Assembly (NCBI GenBank): GCA_035623825.1
Contig: DASPSR010000007.1
Coordinates: 1-64,000, forward strand
Origin: Nitrospirota bacterium
GTDB taxonomy: Bacteria > Nitrospirota > UBA9217
Direction: 5' to 3'
Length of the DNA: 64,000 nucleotides
Every line of letters starts with the position of its first letter. Positions within the stretch are counted from its first letter, which is position 1. The notes beneath the pieces were generated by a model that was given only the letters and a program-made list of their open reading frames with translations, did no database searches and was not told the origin of the DNA. The translations under genes were made by a program, and so were the position numbers. Of the stretch, positions 32,685-42,719 are shown one piece after another.

Positions 32685-33579
32685 CCATCGCGAGGGCCTC
32701 GTCGAGCGCCCTGATGGCGACCTCTATTTGATCGTCAGACGGCTCTCGCGTCGTGAGGCGCTGGAGCCAGAGTCCCGGGAGGATCAGCACCTCAATGAGA
32801 GGATGCCCTCGCTTCTTTGCACTGAACTTTATGAATTCGTAGCCCAGCCCAGCGATTAAGGGCAGTAGTACGATGCGTGAAAGGCCCTTCGCCCAGAAAG
32901 GCCAGCTGCCCGGAATGAGCGAGAACAGGATGATGGAAAACGCTATAACCGTAAGTAGGAAGCTTGTCCCACAGCGTGGGTGGATGCAGGAATAGGGTTT
33001 AGCATTCTGCACCGTGAGTTCGACCCCTGCCTCGTACGCGGCGATGGCTTTGTGCTCGGCCCCATGGTACTCAAAGACCCGGCGGATGTCCTTCATGAAT
33101 GAGATGCCGGATACATATCCGAGGAAAAGAGTTATCCTGAGGGCCCCATCCGTGAGATTGAAGAGGATGCTGTTCCTGCTGACGGCATCGTATTTTGCGC
33201 CGAGCACGTTAGTGAGCAGGAGAGGGAGCGCTAGGAAAAGACCGAAAGCGAAAGCAAGCGCCAGGATAATGGTCCCGGCCATGGCAAGCGGGCCGACTTC
33301 TTCTTTCCTTTCACTGCCGGCGTCGAGTGATTCATTCGCAGAGAAATTGAGCGCCCGTATCCCGAGCCACAGGGCCTCGAACAGTGCCGCGGATCCCCGG
33401 ACTATCCTCTTCTTCAGGATTGGGAACCGTTCTCCAAGCGGTTTGAGCGATTGCGTGAGGACCGCGATCTCGGCACCAGGCCTGCCGCCTTTGCGTACAG
33501 CTACAGTGAAGCAGTGCGGTGAGCGCATCATCACTCCTTCGAGCACCGCCTGACCGCCTATGGTTAATTTTCCTGGCAA
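32674..33579 (-). CDS. DUF1385 family membrane protein
   Basis: GGQAVLEGVMMR, YHGAEHK, HPRCGTSF and LQRLTT.EP motifs; typical rpmE-prfA context. Confidence 0.92.
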   Translation of the reverse strand: MPGKLTIGGQAVLEGVMMRSPHCFTVAVRKGGRPGAEIAVLTQSLKPLGERFPILKKRIVRGSAALFEALWLGIRALNFSANESLDAGSERKEEVGPLAMAGTIILALAFAFGLFLALPLLLTNVLGAKYDAVSRNSILFNLTDGALRITLFLGYVSGISFMKDIRRVFEYHGAEHKAIAAYEAGVELTVQNAKPYSCIHPRCGTSFLLTVIAFSIILFSLIPGSWPFWAKGLSRIVLLPLIAGLGYEFIKFSAKKRGHPLIEVLILPGLWLQRLTTREPSDDQIEVAIRALDEALAMEPR

Positions 33580-33633
33580 GATGGGGACCTCGTTTCAGGC
33601 TTGTTGATATTTCGCTAGCGGGTTGCCTGTGAA

Positions 33634-33834
33634 TTAGGCTTTCTTGTACTTTTTCCTGAACTTGTCGACTCGGCCTTCTGTATCAATCAGCTTCTGCTTG
33701 CCGGTGAAGAATGGATGGCAAACCGAGCAGATGTCGAGCTTGACATTCTCTTTTGTGGATCGCGTCTGGAACGATTCACCGCAAGCGCAGTGGATTGTCG
33801 TCACTTTGTAGTCGGGGTGGATTCCCTGTTTCAT
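33634..33834 (-). CDS. rpmE: 50S ribosomal protein L31 (Zn-binding type)
   Basis: [22 protein letters not shown]. Confidence 0.97.
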   Translation of the reverse strand: MKQGIHPDYKVTTIHCACGESFQTRSTKENVKLDICSVCHPFFTGKQKLIDTEGRVDKFRKKYKKA

Positions 33835-33949
33835 GATTCATCTCCTCCTGATATAAAAGCCATAGCCACAGCGGACTGCTGTGACTCTCATTGTCAAGGC
33901 CGAAATAATATATCAAACTGTCTAAAATTACAAGCAAAAAATTATTTGA

Positions 33950-35197
33950 TTACTTGTTCATAGAGTCTAGAAAATCCCGGTTAGTCTTTGATTGCTTGAG
34001 TTTTTCGAGCAGGAACTCCATACTTTCCACCGTGGTGAGGGGGTTGAGGACCTTCCGCAGCACCCACATCCGGTTCAGATCGTCCTTGTCAACGAGAAGC
34101 TCTTCCTTACGCGTGCCGGATGCGTTGATGTCGATGGCTGGGAACACGCGCTTGTCCACGAGCTTACGGTCGAGGTGGAGCTCCATGTTGCCGGTACCCT
34201 TGAATTCTTCAAAGATTACGTCGTCCATACGGCTTCCAGTGTCGACGAGTGCGGTCGCAAGGATAGTCAGGCTGCCGCCCCCCTCGATGCTCCGGGCTGC
34301 GCCGAAGAACCGTTTTGGCCGCTGAAGCGCATTTGCGTCCAGACCACCGGAGAGCACCTTTCCAGAAGCCGGGATGATCGCGTTGTGCGCCCGCGCGAGA
34401 CGGGTGATGCTGTCAAGCAGGATGACGACGTCTTTTTTGTGCTCAACTAGACGCTTTGCGCGCTCGATCACCATGTCAGCGACCTGCACGTGCCGCTGCG
34501 GCGGCTCGTCGAAGGTGGAACTGATGATTTCCGCCTTGACCTGGCGCTGCCAGTCCGTCACCTCTTCAGGCCGCTCGTCAATTAGGAGCACTATGAGCTT
34601 GACGTCCTTATGGTTCTTCAGGACGGCTTTGGCGATGGCCTGGAGCAGCATGGTCTTTCCTGTCCGCGGTGGGGCCACGATCATGCCGCGCTGACCCATC
34701 CCGATAGGCGTGATGAGGTCCATAGCGCGGGTAGTATAGTCGGTCGGGGAATGTTCGAGTCTTATTTTCTTTTCGGGATAGTAGGGAGTGAGGTTGTCAA
34801 AGAGGATTTTGGTTCGAGAGATTTCGGGGTCCTCATAATTTATGCCGTCCACTTTCAGGAGGGCAAAATAGCGCTCGCCTTCTTTCGGTGGCCGTATCTG
34901 GCCGGAGACAGTATCGCCGGTGCGAATGTTGAACCTCCGTATCTGTGAAGGAGACACGTATATATCGTCCGGGCCGGGAAGGTAATTGTAATCGGGTGCT
35001 CGAAGGAAACCAAAACCGTCCGGCAGGATCTCAAGAACGCCTTCGCCGAATATCATGCCGTTCTTTTCGGTCTGCGCCTGCAGGATTGCAAAAATGAGCT
35101 CCTGCTTTCTCATACCACTGACGCCTTCGACCTTTAGCTCGTCCGCCATAGTCGTGAGCTCGGCTATGCTTTTCCCTTTAAGTTCTACTAAGTTCAT
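33950..35197 (-). CDS. rho: Transcription termination factor Rho
   Basis: [28 protein letters not shown] and EEFKGTGN motifs; AAGGAG RBS before ATG 35197. Confidence 0.97.
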   Translation of the reverse strand: MNLVELKGKSIAELTTMADELKVEGVSGMRKQELIFAILQAQTEKNGMIFGEGVLEILPDGFGFLRAPDYNYLPGPDDIYVSPSQIRRFNIRTGDTVSGQIRPPKEGERYFALLKVDGINYEDPEISRTKILFDNLTPYYPEKKIRLEHSPTDYTTRAMDLITPIGMGQRGMIVAPPRTGKTMLLQAIAKAVLKNHKDVKLIVLLIDERPEEVTDWQRQVKAEIISSTFDEPPQRHVQVADMVIERAKRLVEHKKDVVILLDSITRLARAHNAIIPASGKVLSGGLDANALQRPKRFFGAARSIEGGGSLTILATALVDTGSRMDDVIFEEFKGTGNMELHLDRKLVDKRVFPAIDINASGTRKEELLVDKDDLNRMWVLRKVLNPLTTVESMEFLLEKLKQSKTNRDFLDSMNK

Positions 35198-35519
35198 GAT
35201 TTTACTCCTTGGCCCATGGCCTGCGAGGGCAGACCTGGTCCGCACCCGAGAAGTAGGCTGATAGTTATTCTTCTCCAGCAACAAGCGTAATAGTTGTGTA
35301 AATAGTTATGATGCTTTTTTCTAGGGGGAGCGAGTTCCATTAGATTGTCAGTTTGTGTGGTTAATGTGAGTAACCAGCAAGGTGCTGCGTGACTTGGTTT
35401 ATTTACGGATGAAATTGCCCTTCTGTATTAAGCGGTATGCTTTTATTCTACCTGGTTATTATGCTGGGTTAGGTAATAACAGGGGTTTTTGGTCAGGTTT
35501 ACATGATTTACTGACAAAA

Positions 35520-35548
35520 AATATACCTCAGAAAGTCGGGTTTGTCAA
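35520..35548 (-). promoter_or_regulatory. sigma70 promoter for rho, implying a ~310 nt leader
   Basis: Minus strand TTGACA-17 nt-TATATT. Confidence 0.7.
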
Positions 35549-35799
35549 TAATTTATTTAATGCTATTGCAGACATCGTTATTTTGAGGCAAGTTTAATCG
35601 CACCCTTGGAAAACAGTCACCCAGATAACTGAAGTGCCGACTGGAATCGGGCCAGTCAAATAGCGTGAAGACCGACCATGCGCAGCGACCTCATGAACAG
35701 CCAATCTTCATCACCCCGGCAAGCGACGTGGACTGATCTCCCGAGAGTACGACAGCGAATCCGAATTGGTCTTATCTACCCCTGCTTGATGAATTCCGG

Positions 35800-35828
35800 T
35801 TGACACCCACTCTTCTCTGTCGTAGTAT
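35800..35828 (+). promoter_or_regulatory. sigma70 promoter of Rieske/cytochrome b operon
   Basis: TTGACA-17 nt-TAGTAT, 7 nt before ATG 35836. Confidence 0.7.
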
Positions 35829-35835
35829 TTCCCTC

Positions 35836-36288
35836 ATGGAGCCGGACCGAAGAGATTTTATCAAAAAAGCGCTTACAAGCGTGCTCGTCCTTCTTGGTCT
35901 TGGTTTCATGATACCGGGTCTTAAGATTCTCTCTCCTGCAGGCAGCCGCAATAAAGAGCTCGTTTATTTCCCCCTCGTCCCGGAGGGGGATGTCCCCAGG
36001 TCAGGAGTTAAGAAGAGCGAGCTAGCCTATGTCATCGCCGGCAAGGAGTGGAAGGCAAGGGTCTTTATTGTATCCACTTCGGACAGTTTGAGCGTATTCT
36101 CGGCAACCTGCACGCATCTGGGATGTCTCGTCAATTATAAGAAGGAAAAACGTGAGTTCGTCTGCCCATGCCACGGCGGGCGGTATGACCTGACCGGAAG
36201 GAATATTGCTGGACCTCCACCGGCCCCTCTTACTCGTTTTCCCATCAAGACGCAGGATGGGATGATTGTTGTCGGAATCAAGGTGTGA
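35836..36288 (+). CDS. Rieske [2Fe-2S] subunit of a menaquinol oxidoreductase
   Basis: Tat motif RRDFIK plus TM; CTHLGC and CPCHGG boxes; GPPPAPL. Confidence 0.93.
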   Translation: MEPDRRDFIKKALTSVLVLLGLGFMIPGLKILSPAGSRNKELVYFPLVPEGDVPRSGVKKSELAYVIAGKEWKARVFIVSTSDSLSVFSATCTHLGCLVNYKKEKREFVCPCHGGRYDLTGRNIAGPPPAPLTRFPIKTQDGMIVVGIKV

Positions 36289-36294
36289 TTGCGT

Positions 36295-36939
36295 ATGGGG
36301 TTTCTCAATTATTTGAACACGCGCCTGGGATTTACGAGCAGGCACCGGGGAGTGCTGGACAAGCCGGTGCCGGGATGGATCAATTATTTTTATTGCTTCG
36401 GCGGAATAACGTTCACCCTGTTCATTATACAGGTTCTCACGGGCCTGCTCCTCTCTTTGCACTATATACCAGCCGAGGCAGAGGCTTACCGGAGCATTCA
36501 GCGCCTGCACCTGAATGTTCCACTCGGCCATCTGCTCCGCTCATTACATCACTGGAGCGCGAACCTCATGGTCGTGATGGTAATGCTCCATATGCTCAGA
36601 GTATTCATCACCGGGTCATACAAGAATCCGAGAGAATTAAACTGGGTCGCCGGGGCTGTACTGCTCCTGTTGACATTGGGATTCGGTTTTACGGGCTACC
36701 TTCTGCCTTGGGACCAGAAAGCCTACTGGGCAACGGTGGTGGGGACAAATATGCTCGGCTCGATACCGCTCATAGGGCCCGTCCTCGCTGCATTCGTCCG
36801 AGGGGGCCCCGAGGTGACCGGTCAGACGCTCCTCCGGTTTTATAGCATGCACCTGCTTTGGTTTCCTATCTTGACGGCGTTCTTTCTCTGGGTACATTTC
36901 CACATCCTGCGAAGGCTGGGCATCTCGGGGGGAATGTGA
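36295..36939 (+). CDS. Cytochrome b6-like subunit (split cytochrome b, N-terminal part)
   Basis: YCFGG (heme ci Cys), four heme His, TGYLLPWDQ..YW and RFY..H motifs; ends GISG; start ATG 36295 or TTG 36289. Confidence 0.93.
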   Translation: MGFLNYLNTRLGFTSRHRGVLDKPVPGWINYFYCFGGITFTLFIIQVLTGLLLSLHYIPAEAEAYRSIQRLHLNVPLGHLLRSLHHWSANLMVVMVMLHMLRVFITGSYKNPRELNWVAGAVLLLLTLGFGFTGYLLPWDQKAYWATVVGTNMLGSIPLIGPVLAAFVRGGPEVTGQTLLRFYSMHLLWFPILTAFFLWVHFHILRRLGISGGM

Positions 36940-37049
36940 GCACATGATATGCATAGTAGGGCGTGAGGGATGCATAGAGATTGAGAAGCGTCTATAGTCT
37001 CAGCTGAGAGTATCGAACAGAGCCTCGTCACCCTGATGTTGGAGTACCG

Positions 37050-37433
37050 ATGAACAAAATCAGAGAAAAAAAGTTCTTCCCTTATTATCTCTTCGAGATC
37101 ACGCTTGTGGCCCTGTTCACGGTGGAGGCAGCTCTGCTGTTGGCTGTCTTGTTCCCGTCCACCGTCGGGCGAGAAATAGATTTTTCGGCGCAATATAGCC
37201 CAAGGCCCGAATGGTATTTCCTCTTTCTGTACCAGCTTACCAAATACTTTCCCGGGCGGTGGACGTTCGTGGGGGCAATTCTGCTGCCCGGGCTCGCCTT
37301 CAGCGTACTGCTCCTTTCGCCATTCCTGGATAGCAGTACGGAGCAATCCCTTGGGAAGCGAAGGGCCGCCGCGGTTATTGGCTTTGGTCTGCTAGCCGCA
37401 GTAGTGGCCTTGACTGTTGCATCCATGATATGA
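37050..37433 (+). CDS. Subunit IV-like (C-terminal part of split cytochrome b)
   Basis: FFPY, PEWYFLFLY Qo-site motif and PFLD; 3 TM. Confidence 0.88.
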   Translation: MNKIREKKFFPYYLFEITLVALFTVEAALLLAVLFPSTVGREIDFSAQYSPRPEWYFLFLYQLTKYFPGRWTFVGAILLPGLAFSVLLLSPFLDSSTEQSLGKRRAAAVIGFGLLAAVVALTVASMI

Positions 37434-37518
37434 ATGACATGAAGGAAAGTTTCGAATTGTAGGAGTTGGCTTCAAGGGCATTGGCCTCTCAGATAGGCAA
37501 GAACCAGCAGGGTGATGT

Positions 37519-38559
37519 GTGAAACATCTCATATCGATTATCATTCCCAATTATAACGGCAGTCGGACGATCGGAAAGTGCCTGGAGTCCATCTTTGCGT
37601 TCAACGACGATGATTGGGAGGTCATAGTCGTTGACGACTGTTCTGAGGACAGCTCAATCGACATTATCGGGAAATATCCCTGCAGGCTTATCCAGTTGGA
37701 GAAACACGCAGGCGCTTCAGCCGCACGGAATGCAGGAGCATTCAGCAGCAAGGGCGATGTTCTGTTTTTTATCGATGCTGATTGCCTCCTGAAAGATGAC
37801 ACCCTGTTAATCATTCGGAATCATTTGTCAGCGCAGCCTGCAGATGTGGTTATCGGCGGCACCTACACACCTGTGCCGCGGGATCCCGGATTTTTCAATC
37901 AATTTCAGTCTGCATTTATCAACTACTTTGAGACGAAAAACAGCAGCAGCCCTGATTACCTCGCCACACATGCCTTGGTTATTAACGCCGAAACCTTTAG
38001 GAAGTTCGGCGGGTTTAAAGAAAACTTCCTGCCTATTCTCGAAGATGTCGAGTTCTGTCACCGTCTGCGAAGGGCAGGTTACAGGCTGATTATGGATCCT
38101 GATCTCCAGGTCCGCCACATCTTTAACCATTCATTCATGAGGTCAATCCAGAATGCCGAAAAAAAAGCACGATATTGGACCATGTATTCCTTGGTGAACA
38201 GGGATTTATTTGCAGATTCGGGAGCGGCGTCTAGAGAACTTAAGCTCAACGGTGTCGCATGGCTGGCGACGGTTGTGCTTGCATTTCTCTCCCTCGTGTC
38301 CGGGCAACGGGAATTTCTGCTGCCCTTGCCCTTGCTGTGGGCATTCGGCGTTTTTGTCAACAGATATTTATTCAAGGCGTTTTATAAAGCAGGCGGCGCT
38401 TTTTTTGCTCTAGTGGCAGGGACGTACTATGTGATAGTATATCCTGCGGCTGTCTGGCTGGGAGCTGCCAGGGGGGCTGTACAATATTCCCTTCAGAATA
38501 AAATGAAGTCTGGCAAAGGCGGTCCCCGCGAGTTCTATAAGGGAACATCGAAGGAATAG
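37519..38559 (+). CDS. Glycosyltransferase family 2 with C-terminal TM helices
   Basis: SIIIP.YN, VVDDCSED, ARN.G, FIDAD and EDVE motifs. Confidence 0.9.
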   Translation: MKHLISIIIPNYNGSRTIGKCLESIFAFNDDDWEVIVVDDCSEDSSIDIIGKYPCRLIQLEKHAGASAARNAGAFSSKGDVLFFIDADCLLKDDTLLIIRNHLSAQPADVVIGGTYTPVPRDPGFFNQFQSAFINYFETKNSSSPDYLATHALVINAETFRKFGGFKENFLPILEDVEFCHRLRRAGYRLIMDPDLQVRHIFNHSFMRSIQNAEKKARYWTMYSLVNRDLFADSGAASRELKLNGVAWLATVVLAFLSLVSGQREFLLPLPLLWAFGVFVNRYLFKAFYKAGGAFFALVAGTYYVIVYPAAVWLGAARGAVQYSLQNKMKSGKGGPREFYKGTSKE

Positions 38560-38564
38560 ATACA

Positions 38565-39653
38565 ATGTACTCACCATTCAGATACGTACGGGACATATTC
38601 TGGAAGGGAAGGCCGATTCATCTAGCGTTTTTCATCACCAGACGGTGTAATGCCAAATGTCCCTTCTGCTTCTATCTCAGGTCGGGCGAACCCCCCGCTG
38701 ATTCCCTGCCCGAACTGTCGTTGGAGGAGATCGAGAGGACATCTTCCTCCCTAGGCAGTCTCCTGTGGCTGGCGTTTTCCGGCGGTGAGATTTTTCTTAG
38801 AGACGATCTCATTGAGATCGCCCGAATCTTCTACCGGAATAACAAACCGGCGATTATGCTGTTCCCGACGAACGGGCTTATGCCTGAGGTGATCCTTGAC
38901 AGGATAGAGACGATCGTTCGCTCATGTCCAAAGAGCGTTGTTGCCCTCAAGCTATCCGTTGATGGAGTAGGCGAGGCGCATGACACGATCCGCAATATGC
39001 CGGGAAGCTTTGACAAGACCCTGCAGACATATATGGCGGTTTCCGATCTTGTCGATCGGTACCCGAATTTCGAACTCGGAATAAATACGGTCTTCTGTTC
39101 AGAAAATCAAGAATCTATGGATGAGGTAATCGATTTCGTGCGGGAGCTCAAAAACATCAAAACGCACACAATTTCTCTCGTGAGGGGCAACCTTACTGAC
39201 AAGCGGTATGGCGTCGTAGATTCCAATAAATACCTTGATGCCGTGCGGAAGCTTGAAGAGAACCTAAAAGGAGGGAGGTCACCTGTATATCGTTTCAGGG
39301 GTGCACGCATCAAGGCAGCACAGGATATTCTTCAGCGCCGTCTCATCCACCAGACGATGCGCGAGAACAAAAGGATCATACCCTGTTTTGCAGGCAGGCT
39401 TAATCTGGTTCTCACGGAATGTGGCGATGTTTTCCCCTGCGAACTGCTTACGGAATCTTTCGGAAATGTGCGGGATTTCGGATATGACATAGGGAAAGTT
39501 GTCCGTTCAGAGAGAGCTTGCAGGGTGAATGGTTCGATAAGGGACAACACGTGCTACTGCACCCACGAATGTTATTTCATGACCAATATTTTGTTCAACC
39601 TTCAAATGTATCCCACTTTAATGAATGAATACTTGCAGCTCAGGACCAAATGA
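38565..39653 (+). CDS. Radical SAM enzyme with SPASM/twitch-like C-terminus
   Basis: CNAKCPFC and SGGE; C-terminal CFAG...VFPCE...CYCTHEC. Confidence 0.9.
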   Translation: MYSPFRYVRDIFWKGRPIHLAFFITRRCNAKCPFCFYLRSGEPPADSLPELSLEEIERTSSSLGSLLWLAFSGGEIFLRDDLIEIARIFYRNNKPAIMLFPTNGLMPEVILDRIETIVRSCPKSVVALKLSVDGVGEAHDTIRNMPGSFDKTLQTYMAVSDLVDRYPNFELGINTVFCSENQESMDEVIDFVRELKNIKTHTISLVRGNLTDKRYGVVDSNKYLDAVRKLEENLKGGRSPVYRFRGARIKAAQDILQRRLIHQTMRENKRIIPCFAGRLNLVLTECGDVFPCELLTESFGNVRDFGYDIGKVVRSERACRVNGSIRDNTCYCTHECYFMTNILFNLQMYPTLMNEYLQLRTK

Positions 39654-39747
39654 TGGTACGTTGGTGGATGCGAGGGCTTTAGTCTTCACAAGCAGTTTTA
39701 CCAATCATCATGCCGAGCCGGACGTCGAAAGGGTGTGCTTGCATTGA

Positions 39748-41094
39748 TTATTCTATTCCAAGTTCTTTCAGCCTTTTCCACAGAGTGACTCTGCTGATAC
39801 CGAGGTGCTTCGCCGTAAGGGTCCGGTTTCCTCTATTCAGGGTCAGCGCCGAGCGCAGCTTTTCCCTATCCAAAATCTGTTCACTTTCCTCAGCCTTTTT
39901 CTCCTGGAAAACATATTCAGGGAGGTCAGTGACTTCGATAGTGTCTCCTTTACAGGTGATAGTGCTATGTTCCAAAGCGTTGATCAGCTGCCGCACGTTA
40001 CCCGGCCACGAGAAGTTTTCGATGATCTCCATTGCTTCTGGGCTTATGCGCCGGATGTTCTTGCTGTTGATATGAGATATCTTTTTCAGGTAGTGGAAGG
40101 CGATGACCGGGATATCTTCAGTCCGATCCCGCAGCGGCGGAACCTTGATAAGAATGGAGTTAATACGGTAGAGGAGATCTTCCCGAAAGATGTCCGATTT
40201 GACGAGGGCGTTCAGGTCCTTATTCGTAGCTGAAATCAGCCGGATGTTGACGGGGATCGGATGGTGATCTCCCACGCGTTCCACGACCTTCTCTTCAAGG
40301 ACCCTCAGCAGTTTCACCTGCATGACTTTCGGCATGTCGCCGATCTCATCGAGGAAGATACTGCCGTCATGGGCGGCCTCGAACCTGCCCGTCCGGTCGC
40401 TCATGGCTCCGGTAAAGGAGCCTTTTTTGTGGCCGAAGAGCTCGCTTTCGAGGAGGTAGTCGTTCAGAGATCCGCAGTTCATAGCTACGAACGGGCCCTC
40501 CTTGCGTCTGCTTAGGGAGTGGATGGCCTGGGCCACGAGGTTCTTGCCGGTGCCGCTTTCGCCGCAGATTAGTACAGGTGCTTCGCTCCCGGCAGCGTTC
40601 CGGATCTGCTCGAACAGTTTCTGCATAGGGGCGCTCTTCCCGAGCAGACCCATGAACCAGTATTCCTGCCGCAGTTCCTGTCTCAGTTCTTCGAGCTCCA
40701 TCTCCTTCATGTACAGCGATGTGATATCCGTCATGGACTCCACTGCACCGATCATTTCACCATTCTCATCCCGCAGGACAGTGGCATTTTTCAACAGGTA
40801 GACGGCCCTTCCGTCACCGGAGCGTATCCGGCATTTCTTGTTCTCGATCACGCCCATCTTGAATATGCCGCAGTCTTTTCTCTTCCCCTCGTTGGTTAAG
40901 AAGACACAGGTGTCACTGTCGAGGATCGTGCACTGTTGCCCAATGATCTCTTCTTTTCGATATCCGGTAATATTTTCCGCAGCCCGGTTGAAGAACAGAA
41001 TATTCCCGTCCTTATCGACGATCATGAGCCCGTCTCGCATGGTTTCGAAAACGTTGATAAGAAAGTGTGGCTCTTTGAATAATTTTTCGATCAT
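39748..41094 (-). CDS. PAS-domain sigma54-dependent activator (bEBP 1)
   Basis: PAS; GESGTGK, ESELFGH.KGSFTGA, LDEIG and WPGNVR motifs; Fis HTH; no receiver domain. Confidence 0.94.
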   Translation of the reverse strand: MIEKLFKEPHFLINVFETMRDGLMIVDKDGNILFFNRAAENITGYRKEEIIGQQCTILDSDTCVFLTNEGKRKDCGIFKMGVIENKKCRIRSGDGRAVYLLKNATVLRDENGEMIGAVESMTDITSLYMKEMELEELRQELRQEYWFMGLLGKSAPMQKLFEQIRNAAGSEAPVLICGESGTGKNLVAQAIHSLSRRKEGPFVAMNCGSLNDYLLESELFGHKKGSFTGAMSDRTGRFEAAHDGSIFLDEIGDMPKVMQVKLLRVLEEKVVERVGDHHPIPVNIRLISATNKDLNALVKSDIFREDLLYRINSILIKVPPLRDRTEDIPVIAFHYLKKISHINSKNIRRISPEAMEIIENFSWPGNVRQLINALEHSTITCKGDTIEVTDLPEYVFQEKKAEESEQILDREKLRSALTLNRGNRTLTAKHLGISRVTLWKRLKELGIE

Positions 41095-41126
41095 TGATCC
41101 CCCTAAGGTGTAAAAAAATGAAACAT

Positions 41127-41187
41127 GTTAATTAGCATTTTGTTAATTGTTAATTTAACATGTTTAACGTTAATTAGCATTTTAACA
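41127..41187 (+). promoter_or_regulatory. Putative enhancer (UAS) repeats for the divergent bEBP
   Basis: Exact 15-mer GTTAATTAGCATTTT at 41127 and 41169 (42 bp apart), plus (T)GTTAA/TTAACA inverted half-sites. Confidence 0.65.
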
Positions 41188-41260
41188 CTTATTTGTCAAC
41201 ATAAAATTATAATGATTTTGTAAGGTATTGAAATATTGTAAAATTGGTTGTATTATAAGA

Positions 41261-41277
41261 TAGGCATGACATTTGCT
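41261..41277 (+). promoter_or_regulatory. sigma54 -24/-12 promoter for the usp-usp-usp-yeeE operon
   Basis: TAGGCATGACATTTGCT: GG(41263)-N10-GC(41275). Confidence 0.82.
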
Positions 41278-41330
41278 ATTGTATAAAGTAACTTGGAAAT
41301 ATACAATCCGCTGGTTAGGAGGAATGCAGC

Positions 41331-41915
41331 ATGAAAAAGATCCTGATAGCAGTAGATGATACAAAGGGATCAAAGAACGTACTTTCGGTCTTTCATAATT
41401 TTGTCCAGAAGCCGGTTGAGGTGGTTCTTCTTCATGTAGAAAAGTTACAGGGCAGGTCCCTGATGATTGACATGCTTGGCGACGCGGAAATGTCGACCCT
41501 GAAGGAAATGCTGAGTGGTACCGATTATAAAGTCGCTTTGGATAAGAGGGCGGAAAAGATTCTGGCATTTTACTCGAAAGAGCTAGCACAGGACGGTCTG
41601 GGAACGCTCAAGACCGTGAGGAGGGAAGGCGTTCCTTCTGAAGAAATCCTAAAGGTTGCTGGAGAAGAAGGCGCCGACATGATCATTCTTGGCCAGAGCG
41701 GAAAAAGAGGGTTCGACAGGTTTATCACCGGAAAAGTCGCGCGATATGTTGAGAACAACGCGAAGGTGCCTGTTCTGGTTGCAAAAAGACCGCTCATGTG
41801 TGAAGAACCATACACCAAGAGGGACGCCTGGGCCGCGGTTTCCGTTACATCGGCGATCATGCTTGCGTTGTTCCTTCTGGGCATCATACTTCAGAGGGGA
41901 TCGCTTATCCATTAA
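41331..41915 (+). CDS. Universal stress protein with C-terminal TM helix
   Basis: KKILIAVD, EG.P.EEIL..A and PVLVAK motifs; hydrophobic tail. Confidence 0.9.
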   Translation: MKKILIAVDDTKGSKNVLSVFHNFVQKPVEVVLLHVEKLQGRSLMIDMLGDAEMSTLKEMLSGTDYKVALDKRAEKILAFYSKELAQDGLGTLKTVRREGVPSEEILKVAGEEGADMIILGQSGKRGFDRFITGKVARYVENNAKVPVLVAKRPLMCEEPYTKRDAWAAVSVTSAIMLALFLLGIILQRGSLIH

Positions 41916-41997
41916 GTTTAATAACGTGTTCTATTGTGTTTCAATGACAGATAACTAAAAAATCAGATAACTAAAAGCAATGTAAGAGGAGGTTCGC

Positions 41998-42513
41998 ATG
42001 AAAAAGGTATTGATCGCAGTAGATGAAACAGAAGGTTCAAAATCAGTATTGTCGGTATTTCGCAATATGGTGCGTCCACCCGAAAGTGTGGTGCTAGTCC
42101 ATGTGCAGCAGCTCGAAGGCAAGTCCCTCATGATCGACATGCTAGGTGACGCGGAGCTGAACACGCTTCGGGAAGCTCTGAGAGGCACGGAGTTCAAAGA
42201 GGCGCTTGACCGGAAGTCGGAAAGGATCCTGAACTACTACCGTAAGGAAATTGAGAACGGCGGTTTGGTCAGCGTGAAGACGGTAATCAGGGACGGAATC
42301 GCCTCTGAAGAGATACTGAAGGTGGCCCAGGAAGAGGGTGTGGACCTCATTGTCACTGGCTATAATGGGAAGTCCGTCATGCAAAGGCTTTTCACCGGCT
42401 CACTCAGTAAAGAGATGGAGAAGAATGCACCGGTACCGGTCCTTGTGGCGAAGGAACCCACAGAAAAAGAGAAGTATGCTTGGACAGCCGCTGCCGCAAT
42501 GCATTCGAAGTGA
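41998..42513 (+). CDS. Universal stress protein
   Basis: Paralog of 41331; USP motifs. Confidence 0.9.
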   Translation: MKKVLIAVDETEGSKSVLSVFRNMVRPPESVVLVHVQQLEGKSLMIDMLGDAELNTLREALRGTEFKEALDRKSERILNYYRKEIENGGLVSVKTVIRDGIASEEILKVAQEEGVDLIVTGYNGKSVMQRLFTGSLSKEMEKNAPVPVLVAKEPTEKEKYAWTAAAAMHSK

Positions 42514-42560
42514 GGTCGTTAAGCAGTCGGCTAGTCGTTCACATGTTTCTTAACACAATT

Positions 42561-42633
42561 CATGTAATTCTGAGCGAAGCGAAGGATCTCTGGTTTCCAT
42601 AATCGAGTCCTTCGCTTCGTTGTGTGTGACATG
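42561..42633. repeat. Degenerate REP-like palindromic element
   Basis: CATGTAATTCTGAGCGAAGCGAAGGA ... TCCTTCGCTTCGTTGTGTGTGACATG; resembles the widespread TGTCATTCTGAGCGAAGCGAAGAATC intergenic palindromes. Confidence 0.6.
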
Positions 42634-42719
42634 CAAAATACAATATCAAATCTTCAATGATTTCAGTGCCTACAGGGCCTGAAATAGCAGGCGTCCAAAT
42701 TATATTTAGGAGGGGGGGA

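Noticed and set aside
36285-36845. 186-aa ORF overlapping the Rieske stop
   Set aside because: Alternative-frame shadow of the cytochrome b6 gene
40400-40440. GSFTGA instead of GAFTGA as a sign of inactive bEBPs
   Set aside because: GSFTGA is a common functional variant and a good sigma54 promoter is adjacent
42561-42633. Active mobile element or riboswitch
   Set aside because: A single degenerate palindrome with no transposase or target-site duplication; kept only as a REP-like repeat
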